This document shows, piece after piece, positions 15,286 through 29,294 of a stretch of DNA of 64,000 nucleotides (its first letter is position 1; every line of letters begins with the position of its first letter). Below the pieces are notes generated by a model. It had not been told where the DNA came from. It worked only from the letters and a program-made list of their open reading frames with translations, and did not search any database. The position numbers were made by a program, and so were the translations under genes. Source of the stretch: Octopus sinensis (Eukaryota); NCBI RefSeq assembly GCF_006345805.1, contig NC_042998.1:154938001-155002000 (forward strand), given 5' to 3'.

Positions 15286-16876
15286 CCAGCCTTGTTATAG
15301 AAAAGCAGAAAAATGGCAAACACGATTCAAGACAAATAGGGAAAAATTGTTGGCATCAAGGATAGTTTGCAATGCAGGTAGAAGTGGATTCTTAATCCAC
15401 AGTTAACCATTCACTATTTAAATGGAAAGCATTTGGTCAGATTGTCCTATTTGTAAAGTTGGAAAACTTAAATGAAGAAAAATACCAATGTTTTGTCTAA
15501 ACAAGTCAGTCCCCAAAACATTTGTACAGAAATTTTAGTTAAGAACATAAAATACAATATTGATCAAAATAATATATGAATTGGAAGGCAAACAGACAAT
15601 AGATCAGTTATTAATAGATAAAAGTGTTCATAGATTAAGTCATGAAGTAAAATTGAAACCTCACTGAAACTTTCTGTGACAAGTCTATGCTATGTTGCAA
15701 TATGATTAGATGATCATATATATGTATATATTAAGTGGTGCACTATTAAGTGAGATAATGGATAATGCTGGAAGTACTGTTAGGCTAAACAGAATATGAA
15801 CTTTAGGTTTTGCTTTGTGTTGTAAGCGTATAGTGTTGTCAAAGAATTGATATCTCTCTAAAAGAGCTTATAAACTTTTGCTGTTTCTGGTGAGCTACAG
15901 CTACTATGATAGTGATGATTCGCTCATTTACATGAATTCATAGAAATAGACAAGCTGGGAAAAGCTATCTATAAACTGACAATGATTTTAAATGAAAAGA
16001 CAAAGCAAAGAAATCAGACTAGTTTTAGCCTAACTTTATGTTCTCCCCTAACTCATGTGTGAGATTGATAGGCAATTCAGAGAGGAAAATATAAACAAAT
16101 TTAGAAATACATAAATTTTTGCTAATGATGACTAGCCTTAACAAAAACTTTTAATATAAAAAAAATAAAATGATAGCTATATTTTATAACAGAAATAAGT
16201 TTGGAGAAGATTTTAAAATGTTTACAAATAAAGATAGAATTTGACTTCATTTTTCTAAAATTCAAAGGAACAAAAGGTTTCTTGGATAACAAAAAATAAA
16301 AAAAAATCAAGTAAAAATAAGAAAACTTATATAAAATATGCTTAATTAGCAGGAAGCTGAAAATAATTATTTTTCATAAAAAGAAATGGCAAAATGGAAT
16401 ACTACTATGCTTCACTGAAAGTACAAAAGTTGCCATTTTAAAGGTTAGTTTTTATGCTCTAAAGCAGTGATTCCCAACGTGGTCCCTGGGGCCCACTGGT
16501 GGTCCCCAGAGAATTTTTAGCCCTAAAAAAATTTGAAGCCATTTCAGATCTACACAATATTGTTCAATAATAAAGACACTGTTAGTTGATAATAATTTCC
16601 ATGAAGACAGAATTATAAAAAGAAAACAAAATTCAATAATTATTCCATAAGAATCAATAATCTATAATATATAATCAATAATATATTACAATCAAGAATT
16701 ACATAATTTAAATTTTATAATCACAACAGTTTCATAATAAATTTGATATTTTTAATAGATCACTACCCAATATTGTTTAATAATAAATTTGATACTTTTA
16801 ATTTATAGAAATAAAGTATTTATTATTTTATAGAAATAAAGTATTATTTTAATTTTTTTAAAGATCAGTTGTAATA

Positions 16877-18781
16877 ATGTCTGAACCAACTGCTAAAAAG
16901 GCAAAACTGAGGAACTACAAAAAAGATTTTATCATGTTTGGTTTTATATCTGTAGACTCAAAACCTATGTGTCTTGAATGTGATGCCATCATGACAAATC
17001 ATTCCATGAAGAAAGTTAAGCTGGAACAGCACCAGAAATTAAGGCATCTATTATCTGTTGGTAAAGGTAAGGAATATTTTGAGAATAAAAAGAAAATACA
17101 GCTAATCAAACTACCCGACTTTGTAAAGAAGATAAATACTGAAAAAGCAAAGATACTCAAACCAGGTTATTTGGTCTCTGAAGTTATTGCCAAGGTTGCA
17201 GCACCTCAGATTTATGGTGAGAAACTTGTCAAGTCTGCTTGTGCAAATGAGGTTCTGAGAAAATATGCTGCATCTACTCAGAGTACAATTCTACTTTCAA
17301 ATAACACAATTACAAGAAGACAAGATGAAATGTCTAATTTTGTTGAGGAAGATTGTGGAAATTCTCCAAAAGACAAATTTTTCACAATTCATAACCAAGC
17401 TATCCTTCTGGTCTATGTCAGATTCATCCATGAAGATGATATAAAGGAAAAAAGGTTATTCATTAAAAGTTTGTCTGAAACTACTAATGGAGAAAATATA
17501 TTCAATGAAGTAATGCAGTATTTTAATGATAAAAATATTCCATTGACTAATTTGATAAACACTGCATCAGATGGAGCTGCAGCCATGACTGGAAAAGTGA
17601 AAGGCTTTGTTTCTAGAATGAAATCAGTTGCTCCTCACATTTTTTATATACATTGCATTATCCACAGACAGCATTTGGTTGCTAAGAATATTGGAAGACA
17701 CATGGAAGAAGCACTTAACACTGTCATACATGCAATTAACTTTGTCAAATCAAACTCAGTGAATAATAGATTTTTTATGCAATTCTGTGAAGATGAAGAT
17801 TTTAAAACCCTATTGCTTCACACAGAAGTAAGATGGTTGTCAAAAGACCTGAGCCTTGAAAGACTAGTGAATTTGTGGGAACCATTAATCAACTTTCTCA
17901 TGTTCAAGAGTCAGATGATTCCTTACAAAATATTCTACTTGAGTGATATTTTTAGAACAGTGAATCTGCTTAACTTAGAGCTGCAAGGTAGAATATCAGA
18001 TTTGGTCACCTGTTCTCAGAAGATAAAAGGGTAGATGGGAAATTAAAATTTTGGGAAAAACAATTTGAAAGAAAAAATTTGGCATCATTTCAAAATTTTA
18101 ACATCACTTTTCCTACGTCATAATGCATTGCGCATGCATTGCCCATCTTGAAGGTCTTCATGTAGACTTTGAGAGAAGATACAATGATTTATTAAAGATG
18201 GATTATCCACAATGGTTTGTAGACCTAGAAAATTATGAGCCAGGAGATGAAAATTTTGAGTTGGCTGAAATGTTGGATTTGAAAGAGAACATGAAACTGA
18301 GAAGAAGAGTTGAAAAAGGTGTATTTGCCTACATATTGATAAAGGAATCACACCCAAATATTTTTTGACAAGTAGAAGCAAGCATCATTTCTTTCCCTAC
18401 CACATGGATGGTGGAATCTGCCTTTTCAGCTGTTGTAGATATTTTAAGTAGAAAAAGAAATAAATTAGATATCAACAGCAGAGGAACTATTAGACTCAGA
18501 CTAAATGAGTTCATTAACCCTTTTGTTACTGTATTTATTTTGAGATGCTCAGTGTTTCTTTCAAAATAACAAAGAATTTAGTAAAATAACTTAGTTATCA
18601 TTCAGCTAGTGTTAGGAACAGATTGTGACTGAGGTTTGGTGGAAGATTTTAATTCAAAACTTATGAAAACAAGACATTTGTACTCAGAGCTAGGGCCGGT
18701 TTCAGCCGGGTTGGTAATGAAAGGGTTAAAACTGATTATGATATCTTGTGTGAGAAACACCAATATCAAGCTAGTCACTAG
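16877..18781 (+). pseudogene. Buster-type hAT transposase, disrupted by frameshifts, stops and a MITE
   Basis: N-terminal C2H2-like PMCLEC...HQKLRH, SDGAAAMTG, HCIIHRQHL, HTEVRWLS, C-terminal FPTTWMVESAFS and ...CEKHQYQASH*. Confidence 0.9.
18518..18725 (+). mobile_element. 208-bp piggyBac-like MITE inserted in the hAT transposase 3' end
   Basis: TTAA duplication (18514-18517, 18726-18729) and ends CCCTTTTGTTAC...GTAATGAAAGGG. Confidence 0.85.
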
Positions 18782-19811
18782 CTGAATGGACTAAAAATGA
18801 ACGACTTTATGAAAAAGGATTTTGATATCTTTTAAATTTTATCTTTTGTTCACTAAAATAAATTTTAAAGTGTAAATAGACTATTTTGTCTTTTCATTAA
18901 GTATTTTGGTGTGAAAATAGAACAGTATAAAGTAAAAGTAGAAGTGGTCCCTAGCAATTTTTGGGGCTGAAAAAGTTTGGAAACCACTGCTCCAAAGTAA
19001 ATTTTTTTTCACCAAAAGGATTCAGTTTTTTTTAGTAAGATTTGATATGTTACATTTCCAAAGATATTTTGATATGAAAATATCTTTCTATATATTAGTT
19101 ATAAAAACTAAATGTTCTGTTATAAAAAAAGCTTGGGTTCAGAAGCTAATTTACTAATTCAGAACCTAATAAAATCAGATCATAATTTTCGCTTTCTTAT
19201 TTAAGGTCTTCAAACTCCTTATATGATGTTTTAAGATTTTGTTATATACATTTGTGTTTAATAAATCTATTTATAAAGCAAATAAGAATTTGCTGATTTA
19301 ATCATATAACAGACACTGACTTCATTTTCTACAAATAATCTTCACATGGCTATATGGTTAAGAGCTCAACTTTACAGCTTCAGGTAGAGACCTACTTTGT
19401 AGCAACTTGGGTAAATGTCTGTGGATTTAATAGACAGGAACTGAAAGAAGCCCTGTTGTGTGTGTGTATCACATTATTTATAAATGAGTATATATGATGG
19501 AATATAAAGAAGAATAAATATAAGTTTTAAGATACATCAGTTCCTTAATATGATAGATGTAACTTCATAAAAAATGTGGTTGAAATATATAAGTAGAATT
19601 TATGACACTTACAAACAATTTTTATTCAAGAATAAGAAGTAAAATAAATATAAACAAAATTCATACTACAAACCAAATACAAAAATAAAACATAAAATTA
19701 ATATTTAATTGCTTAAAATTTTGAAGAATTAAACATAAAAAAAATATTTTGGAAGAGATTATTCTATATACTTCATGAATGCAGCCTTTAAAATCATTCA
19801 GGTAATACCAT

Positions 19812-22270
19812 CAACATCATCATTTAACATCTGCTTTTCATGCTGGCATGGGTTGGATGGTTTGACAACTGGTAAACTTGGGGAGCTGCACCAGGTTCCA
19901 ATCTTATTTGGCAAGGTTCCTACAGCTGGATACACTTCCTAATACCAACCACTCCAAGAGTGTAGTGGGTGGTGGGTGCTTTTTATGTGCCACCAGCATG
20001 GGTCCAGTGACATGACACCAGCAATGACTATGATCCCACTTGGCTTGACAGGTTTACACAAGCATAGTATATTACCAAACATCTTGGCCACCTGTCACAG
20101 CCTCTGTGAATTTCGATGTTTAACCCTTTTGTTACCAACCCGGCTGAAACTGGCTCTGTAGTACAAATGTCTTGTTTTCATAAGTTTAGAATTAAAATCT
20201 TCCACCAAACCTTAGTCCCAATTTATGGTCCTAACACAAGCTGAATGATAACTAAGTTATTTTACTAAATTCTTTGTTATATTTAAAGTAATTGAAAGAA
20301 ATACAGAGCATTTCAAAATAAATACAGTAACAAAAGGGTTAAACAGTGATTTTAATGTGTCACCGGCATGGGTGCCAGTCAGCCAGCATTGGCATTGGCT
20401 GCAACTGTGATTTCACTTGGCTTTACAGGTCTTCTCAAGCATATCATATCACTCAACATTTGAAGAGTACTTTTTTCATGCCAGTTACGTGACACTGGCA
20501 TCAACCATGACCACAATCTCACAGGTCTCGGTTACTTGTCATCACCTCTGTGAAGCCCAACATTCAAAGATCATACTTCAACACCTTATCTCATGTCTTC
20601 CTGGGTCTACCTCTTTTACAGGTTCCCTCCACAGTTTGAGTGCAGCACTTCTTCACACAGCTATCCTCATCCATATGCATCACATGACCATACCAGCACA
20701 GTATTCTCTCTTGCACACCACATCTGATGCCTCTTACATTCAACTTTTCTCTCAAGATGCTTACACTTTGTTGTGCATGCACACTGACATTACACATCCA
20801 GCGAAGGATATTAGCTTCATTTCTTTCAAGCCTACACATATCCTTGGCAGTCACAGCCATGTAGCAGGGCTATTTGCACACAGGCATCATAGTCTGCCTT
20901 TCACTCTGAGAGATAGGCCCTCTGTTACCAACAAAAGTAGGCTCTCTGAACTTTGCTTAGTCTATTCTTATTCTTGCAACTATGCTCTCAGAGCATCCAA
21001 CCCCCACTACTGACTTGGTCAATGGAAGCTATCAACTACTTCTAATTTTCCCCGTTGGTATGAGATGGCATCTATTATCTGTGCATTTTTAATGTTAATT
21101 GTACCTGTGCACCTTTCACACACAAAAACTATTTTCCCTATCAACTTTCCTCTGATATTGCTGCACATCTTATGTGTCCATAGTTTATACTGGATACATC
21201 TTATGGAGTTTTTATCTATGCCTTTTCTACAGATCAAGCAGGGTCATCTACTTGAAGAGATTTGTATGCTTTCCTAAGACTTTGGTTTTTGCTAGGTTGA
21301 CTCTAAGGCCCTTCGATTCTAGATCTTGCTAAGCTAACTCTAACCCCTTTGATTCTAGACCTTGTTAGGTTAACTCTAACCCCTTTGATTTGACACCTTG
21401 CTTCCACACCTGAAACTTCTTTTCTAGTTCTGGTAGCGATTCAGTCATAAGATCAGGGTCATCAGCATAGAAGAGCTCCCAGGGGCAGCCTGTCAAATTC
21501 CTCTGTTATTGCCTGGAGGACTATGATGAACAAGAGGGGGCTGAGGACTGATCCCTGATGAATCCCTACTTGGATCCTAAATTCTTCGCTATACTCGTTG
21601 CCAACCCTCACCTTACTGACAGCATCCCTGTATATGGCTTGTATGGCTCTCACCAACTTCTAGTCTATCCCTAGTTTCCCCATTGACCACCAGATAAGGG
21701 ATTGGGGGACCCTGTCAAAGGCTTTCTCCAAACCAACAAACGCCAAGTACTGAGGCTTATCTTTGGCTATGTATTTCTCTTGCAGCTGCCTTACTAGAAA
21801 TATAGCATCAGTGGTGCTTTTCCCTGGCACAAAACCAAACTGCATATCATCTAGACTAACTCTCTCCCTAATTACTTGCGCTATGACCCTCTCTGTGACT
21901 TTCATCATCTGATTTAATAATTTGATACCTCTGTAATTATTTCTATCTAATGCATCACCTTCACCTTTGTAGCAGTTGACTATGGTGCTGCTACACCAGT
22001 CATTGGGCATGACTCCTTCATGTACCACCTGGTTAACTATATGGGTGACTAGACCATAATCTACACCACCAAATATTTTAAGTATCTCAGTGGTAATACC
22101 TGATGGGCTGGGGCCTTTCCTTGTCTTCATATCCTTAATTGCTTTATCTACCAAGATAATGTTGATAGCTGGTCCCTCAGTTGGGTCAACATTTGGCACA
22201 CTCTCTTTCTCCAATTCATTCTCTTCATTTAGCAGTCTTTCATAGCAGCATTTCCAAATCTCTTTCTTGC
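19812..22270 (-). mobile_element. RTE-clade LINE, 5'-truncated and decayed (RT, PHD finger, 3' UTR)
   Basis: Minus ORFs show NNYRGIKLL, QFGFVPGKST, LAFVGLEKAFDRVP, GIHQGSVLSPLLF and a PHD-like CRKG...CKLWTHKMC...CERC. Short (GAT)-like tail near 19812. Confidence 0.88.
20124..20338 (-). mobile_element. 215-bp piggyBac-like MITE, opposite orientation, nested in the RTE 3' UTR
   Basis: TTAA-CCCTTTTGTTAC ... GTAACAAAAGGG-TTAA; reverse complement of the copy at 18518-18725. Confidence 0.88.
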
Positions 22271-24223
22271 ATAAAAGAATATATCTTTTACACAAGAAAC
22301 AGATATTTGACATCTCAGTAAGATTATATTTTCAACATTTGCTATGAGTAAATTTGTTAATGATACTAAACATGTTCATGTCTTGTAAATATTATGTTCA
22401 AGGTGACTCAGAACAAGTTTGTGATTTTACTCATATTACTAGTTAAGCTCTAAAAATGTCTGTTCATTTCCAAAGGTTATTATCATAAGGGCCAAATAAA
22501 ACTAAAGCCATTTGGAAAGTAAGATTGCAGATGTTTGCTCAGAATATTGTCTTATTGAAAAAGAGTAATATAGACTTTCAAAAGCTTGGTGAATTGCAGA
22601 AGCTTCTACTTCAGCTAAAACCTGAAGGTATAAACACCATTTTATACTATCTTAAATGACAATAGACAAGGAATACAAAACTCATTTTTTAATATGCTGT
22701 CAAGCATTCTACCAAGTTAGAAATAAAATTGTCTATTATTAGTTATTCTGAGAAAGTAGGAGTAGGGTGCCCTTAGATTTTGCAGGTTCCCTTAACTAGT
22801 GAGGTTGATACAGTTAATATTCACTTTTAAGCAGGTAAGACACAATAGGAATAAGATAAGGTGAAGCAAAAGTATTGAATAGGTTTACTGTAGAAGTTGT
22901 ACATAGACGGTAAGTTCAGAAGAGCAGAGTTCATTGTTTAATTGCAGAAAAGACAGAAGGATCACACTATGTTAATAAGCTTATTGGTGAATATGAAACT
23001 TTGCAAACAAATTGAATGAAATTGCTATTTTTTTCTCTCTCTAATATTAGATGCAATTTTAACTTGTGGATTAGGTAATTGACAACAAAGAGTTGAAGTA
23101 TTTTAAGGAGTTGAAGAGGAAACACACTCTTTGCAATGCAGTCTTAGCTAGATTATAGCTGTTAATCATTATAGATTATGAGGTTAAGTATTTATAGAAA
23201 ATGTGAAGATTTTAGTGTAAGTTTTATGTGTGTGTGGAGTTTTTTTTCTTGATATGAATAGTGACTATGTTTTATGATTGTCTAAGTCATCATCGATGCA
23301 AGGTGTACGTTTTTAGATTGTATATAGACTACTACTTGTGTGTAGAAGGGGATGAATGAATGGTAATAGCTTCATAAGAGTATTCATGGGGTTAGAGATA
23401 ATGATGAATAGGTCACTAATGTATAGTAGAGAGTGTATGGGAAATTTAGCTGTAGATCAGAAGTTGTATACACTTGTTACAAATGACAATTATTGCCTTT
23501 ATTGATGCTGAGGACAATAACATTGATTTCTTCAAAGTTTTCAAAAGCAAAGAGAGCTAATGTGTTTCAAGGGATAGTAAAGGTCAGTGGATCTAGAGCC
23601 AAGAAAACCACAGAGGTGTTCATGAATAAATGAGAAAAACTCATGGTGTAAAGGTGATGGTTATTCAAAAATGTGTTATATTTTATTCTTACACAATCTC
23701 TTTTGCCTAACATGTATTTCTAATAATTCTATGATTTAAAATCAGGTTCTACTCAATACAAAATAAAACTGAATTGATATATAAAAATATATAAATATAC
23801 AATAAAACTTACATTTGAGATTCTTAGCTAAAAATTAACTTACCATTTACAAGTTGGAATATCTATGAGTGAAATAATATTTGAATATGCTAATATCTAA
23901 AATATGTATAACTCAAAGACAAAATCCATTGTAAGTAGATCAATTTTATTTTAACAATTTAAAGAATAAAGCCATCCATTCTTATACTACATGTATAATA
24001 AAATATTTGAATATTGTGACATACTTGATACAGGTATGACATTAAATTAATTTTTTGAATTACAAATCAGAGTAGTTAATACCATGCATATTATATATTA
24101 GGGATAAAATTCGACAAGAACGAAATGAAAAATAAAAACATTTTACTATCTAGTCTGTTCTTTCTAGCGTGTTGAATCCATCGAGTGGATTCCTCATGTG
24201 TTTAAATATACACTGTATCGTAT

Positions 24224-24440
<217 letters not shown>

Positions 24441-25124
24441 ACTATTAAAGCCTACTGATATATTTTCCAAAATAGAATCACTAATATCAGCTCTTATAAT
24501 TAGTATTATTCAGAAATATACTGAAAAGGTATAAAATAAAGGAATTATATAACAATTTAATTCAAAAATATATTCAAGTTCCGACTATTTAAGGTAAAAA
24601 TTATCAATCTTTGTATTAAGATGTCAAATCAAATCTTACTAAAACAACAAAATTACTGAAATAATTGCTACACTGAATAATCTGTTTTCCTGAAAAAATA
24701 AAGAGACAAGCAAATATACTCATGTGTTTGAGTAAGTGATTACATGAAATTTAAAACACTATTATACAATAGTTTCATTTTGTATTATAACTTTTTCATA
24801 CTTTGATGGCTCTATGTTTAAAGAAACAGTTTAGAATATTTTACCAAGGTTTATATTAAATCAATAGTTACAGGCTCTTAGAGGTATATAATCTGAGTGA
24901 TGTCTATGAAATTAACATACTAGTATTACATTTTTGATAAGAGAGAAGATAAGATTACAAAATATTTCTTACTGGGCTTTTCAGTTTCTGTCCAGGGTTT
25001 AGCCATACTGTGAAATTCTGTTGTAATTTTAAGATTGATTTCACTAAGAGTTTTTCTGTTTTTATGATGTATTCTGTAGTCTGTTACAACAGTTTCATGT
25101 GTGTTACCAATATATACAAATGCA

Positions 25125-25177
<53 letters not shown>

Positions 25178-25179
25178 AT

Positions 25180-25227
<48 letters not shown>

Positions 25228-25258
25228 AAAAGAACTACAAATCGTCTACTTATTTCAA

Positions 25259-26548
25259 ATAATGGACTTGGAGAAAGCCTTTGCCAGGGTCCCCCGATCC
25301 CTTATCTGGTGGGCGATGTGGAAACTGGAGATTGACGAATGGTTAATAAGGGCTGTACAAGCCCTCTACAGAGAGGCTAGTAGTAAAGTTAGGATTGGCA
25401 ATGAATACAGTGAAGAATTCAGGATAGAAATTGGTGTCCACCAAGGCTCAGCCCTCAGCCCCCTTCTATTCATCATAGTCCTCCAGGCAATAACAGAGGA
25501 ATTTAAGACGGGTTGTCCCTGGGAGCTACTCTATGCTGATGACCTAGCCCTCATAGCAGAATCGCTACCGGAACTAGAAAAGAAATTTTGTGTGTGGAAG
25601 CTAAGTTTAGAATCAAAAGGCCTTAGAGTCAATGTAGCAAAGACCAAAGTTCTAGTAAGTAGGAAGGCAAACTCACCACACACCCCTTCAGGTAGGTGGC
25701 CCTGCTCGATCTGTAGAAAAGGTGTTGATAGAAACTCCATAAGATGTACCCAGTGTAAGCTATGGACACATAAGAGGTGCAGCAATATCAAAGGAAAATT
25801 AACTGAGAAGATAGCTTTTGTGTGTGGCAGATGCACAGGGGTAATAGACACCATTGATACTCAGAAAACAGATTCCATTACACTCCTTGGGGAGAAACTA
25901 GAACTAGTTGATAGTTTCTGCTACCTAGGTGACCAAGTTAGTAGCAAGGGTGGATGCTCAGAGAGTGTTACCACTAGAATAAGAATAGCTTGGGCAAAGT
26001 TTAGGAAGCTTCTCCCCCTACTGGCGACAAAGGGTCTCTCACTCAGAGTGAAAGGTAGATTGTACGATGCATGTGTGTGAACTGCCATGCTTCATGGCAG
26101 TGAAACATGGGCTGTGACTGTGGAGGACATGCGTAGGCTTCAAAGAATTTTTATTTTGATGTTGACGTACTTGACTCAGCAGGTCTCCTCAAGAACAGCG
26201 GGTCACTCTACAATCCAAGGTTAGCACAGCAGGCCGTCCTAGATGTGCAATGTTAGTGTCCATGTACGACAGAGTGCAAGCATCCTGAGAGAAATGTTGG
26301 GCATAAGAAGCATTGTATGCAGCATGCAGGAGAGACAATTGTGTTGGTATGGTCATGTACTATGGATGGATGAGGAGAGATGTGTGAAGAAGTGCCACTC
26401 CCAAACTGTGAAAGGAATCCGGGGTAGAGGTAGACCCAGGAAGACATGGGACGAGGTGGTCAAGCATGACCTTCATACTTTGTGCCTCACAAAGGCTATG
26501 ACGAAAGACCGAGACCTCTGGAGATATGCTGTGACTTCGAAGACCTGA
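25259..26548 (+). pseudogene. RTE ORF2 C-terminal half: RT with embedded C4HC3 PHD finger
   Basis: Open from 25259 to a TGA at 26078-26080, interrupted at 26145-26240, then resumes as MCNVSV...RPRKTW. Confidence 0.85.
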
Positions 26549-27101
26549 CAAATGAAGTGAGTTCATGGCTCGCAGGATGGCCTGCTGTGCTAACCTTGGA
26601 TCGTAGAGTGACTCGCTGTTCTTGAGGATTCGAAGACCCGACAAATGAAGTGAGTTCATGCTCGCAGGACGGCCTGCTGTGCTAACCTTGGATTGTAGAG
26701 TGACCCGCTGTTCTTGAGGAGACCTGCTGAGTCAAGTACGTCAACATCAAAATAAAAATTCAAATGGAAATTGTAGTTAAGACACCCGTGCTGGTGACAC
26801 GTAAAAAGCACCATCCGAATGCGGCAGATACTAGCGTCGCCTGACTGGCATCCGTGTTGGTGACACGTAAAAGCACCAACCGATCGTGGCCGTTAGCCAG
26901 CCTGCTCTGACCCCAGTGCTGGTGGCATGTAAAAAACACCCACTACACTCATGGAGTGGTTGGCATTAGAAAGTGCATCCAGCTGTTGAAACACTGCCAA
27001 ATCAGACTAGAGCCTGGTGCAGCCTCCATGGCTTACTAGACCCCGGTTGAACCGTCCAACCCATGCCAGCATGGAAAACGGACGTTAAATGATGATGATG
27101 A
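25259..27101 (+). mobile_element. RTE-clade LINE, 5'-truncated, with (GAT)n tail and internal rearrangement
   Basis: DLEKAFARVP, GVHQGSALSPLLF, LLYADD, PHD finger, FCYLG, RGRPRKTW. Ends ...gttaaatgatgatgatga. Confidence 0.9.
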
Positions 27102-28218
27102 ATATACAAAAAGGTGCAGATGAAAAATGCTAATGAGATAATGCAGAGTTATGAAGAATGTAATTTAAATGGAAAAAATGGATGTTAAAATCATGATTAT
27201 GATGTTGTTAATGTACACACAAGTACATATTTCCAACAGTCCATGAAAATTTAGAATGGAAGAAGGATAATATGAGTGGTACATGCAGTTCTAAAACTTA
27301 GTGTTTTATGTACCATTTACTGGATATGAGAAAATTCCAAGGTTTTTCCCAATGGAAAATTACATATAACATTTAATCTAGGGCCAAGAAAGATTAAGTG
27401 CTTAGATAATAAGTAGAAAGCAGATCATTGAATGGTTTCAAATGTAGTTGCGGCAGAGCTGGAATTAAGAATGCAGAATAAAAGAGCAAAATAAAAAGAT
27501 AATAGTAAGAGAATTTTCACTTCAGTGAATTTTTTTTTTTCCTAAATAGAATCTTACAGAACTAGTTATCAAGTAGTAAAACTATCATAGACATAAAAGA
27601 CAATTACTTCCTAAAAGGACATATTTAGACATATTTGTAAATTGTCAGCAACAGTTTTAAAATAATGCAACCTTGGTAATAGTATAAATTTGAAGTTTTA
27701 CAAAAACATACAAAGAAACTTAAAGTGCATAGTGATTGGATCCTTGATTTCCAAGATAAGTGATAAGATTGTTCCTTGAGAAAAGAAGAGCTTATTTATT
27801 TATTTTTTATGGTATCCCTAAATGCTGCCAAGTTGTAAGATCATCATTAACGGTAGGTCTGTGTGAGGTATTAAAGTACATGAAGCAGATATAATATATA
27901 TATATATATGTCATGTCATATGCAATAGTTATTATATAAGAAAAGTGCTCTTCATAATATGAAAAATGAAGAATGTATACATTTTAGAAATTAACATTTT
28001 AAATTTAAACCCATAATTTCAGGGAGTTTTGATGATGAACAAAATAATTATGAGCAAATGGTTATAAGTTCAAACCGTATTAGCACAATCTAACTAGCTT
28101 AATTGGTCTGCTCATTAGCATGACAAAAAAGGTATTACTTCCTACACTTGACTCAGTAGAAAATCACCCACAAAACCATGTGTAATGAGAAAATAGGAAA
28201 GAACATATTCAATGTATG

Positions 28219-28462
28219 CAGGATGGTGCAAAAGTAGGTAAACAGTTATGAAAAAAAAAAGAAAATATGTACATACTCATTTATTTTTAGCAAAAAAAAA
28301 TTAAAAGTTATGATAAAAGTATTATTATAGTTATGATAAATGTATTATTATGATTAATGACACTAAAAATATCAAAAATGAGGCTAACTAATTTAATGTG
28401 CTAATAATTTTAGTGAATTAAGTATTGATGTGATACTGTATATCTACTTTTGCAACCCCCTG
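28219..28462. mobile_element. Tc1/mariner-type MITE (~245 bp)
   Basis: caggatggtgcaaaagtaggtaaacagt is inverted as actgtatatctacttttgcaaccccctg; TA on the right flank. Confidence 0.7.
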
Positions 28463-28629
28463 TATATCTTTTTAATTTGTGCACAACACAGCTATGACTT
28501 CCCATAATGGTATTTATACCTATTTTGTCATTTTGCTATTGATAGAAAATTTTGATTTTAAATAATCATCATAAAAGAGTATAAAAACAGGGTCACCGTT
28601 AAGTTTTTACATATACAACTTCATACATT

Positions 28630-28840
28630 CAAATTAACATTGGTTTCAAATTTTGGCACAAGGCCAATAGTTCTGGGGAAGGGGTAAGTTGATTACATCA
28701 ATCCCAGTACTCAACTGGCAATTATTTTGAGCCCAGAAGGATGAAAGGCAAAGTCAGCCTTGGTGAAATTTTAAACTCAGAACATACAGACGAAATACCT
28801 CTAAGCATTTTGCCCACTATGCTACTGATTCCACCAGCTC
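28630..28840 (-). mobile_element. diverged SINE (second family; a related relic at ~52140-52300)
   Basis: ttggcacaaggcc...gattacatcaatcccagtactcaactgg...aaggatgaaaggcaaagtc...gaaattttaaactcag, with a B-box-like motif on the minus strand. Confidence 0.6.
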
Positions 28841-29294
28841 GTCACCTTTACATTCGAATTAATATCAAAACATATCAAAAGAATGAACAAAATGGTTTTA
28901 AAGTGCACAACTATGCTAATGATCAGTAAATTTCCTAGAAACAAAAATTTATTACTGAACAAAGAAAATTAAGCCATCTTACCTTAAAGGATAATTAGAA
29001 ATCATACTAGACCCTTCTAAATAAATATTTCTATACTTTTCAACAACAATTCTAGGTTATAATACCTTGCAAGATGCGGTTGAAATTTTAAACTTGTTGG
29101 CTATCATTCAACTTAGGTGCATCTGGAATCACACACACTCTCTTTGTTAGTCTGTTTAAATATATCAGTTAATGTTCTTAATAAATCTTCAGAACAAAAC
29201 TATGAACATTTTCTTGAATTTTAAAAGTATTCATATGCTCTATGTTGTGTGACAATTTTCTTCACATAGTATTAAACCTACAAGCTAGTACACT

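Larger units (their letters stand above)
16465..18989 (+). mobile_element. hAT transposon, Buster/Charlie-type, full-length but decayed
   Basis: Termini CAGTGATTCCCAAC and GTTTGGAAACCACTG. 8-bp target-site duplication ctctaaag (16457-16464) / ctccaaag (18990-18997), with the central TA typical of Buster elements. Confidence 0.9.

Noticed and set aside
22486-23080. Candidate host exons: minus VLAEVEASAIHQAFESLYYSF (acceptor near 22622), or plus IDFQKLGELQKLLLQLKPE with a 24-nt microexon near 23050
   Set aside because: The two strand interpretations conflict, splice signals are incomplete and I recognise no homology. RNA-seq is needed.
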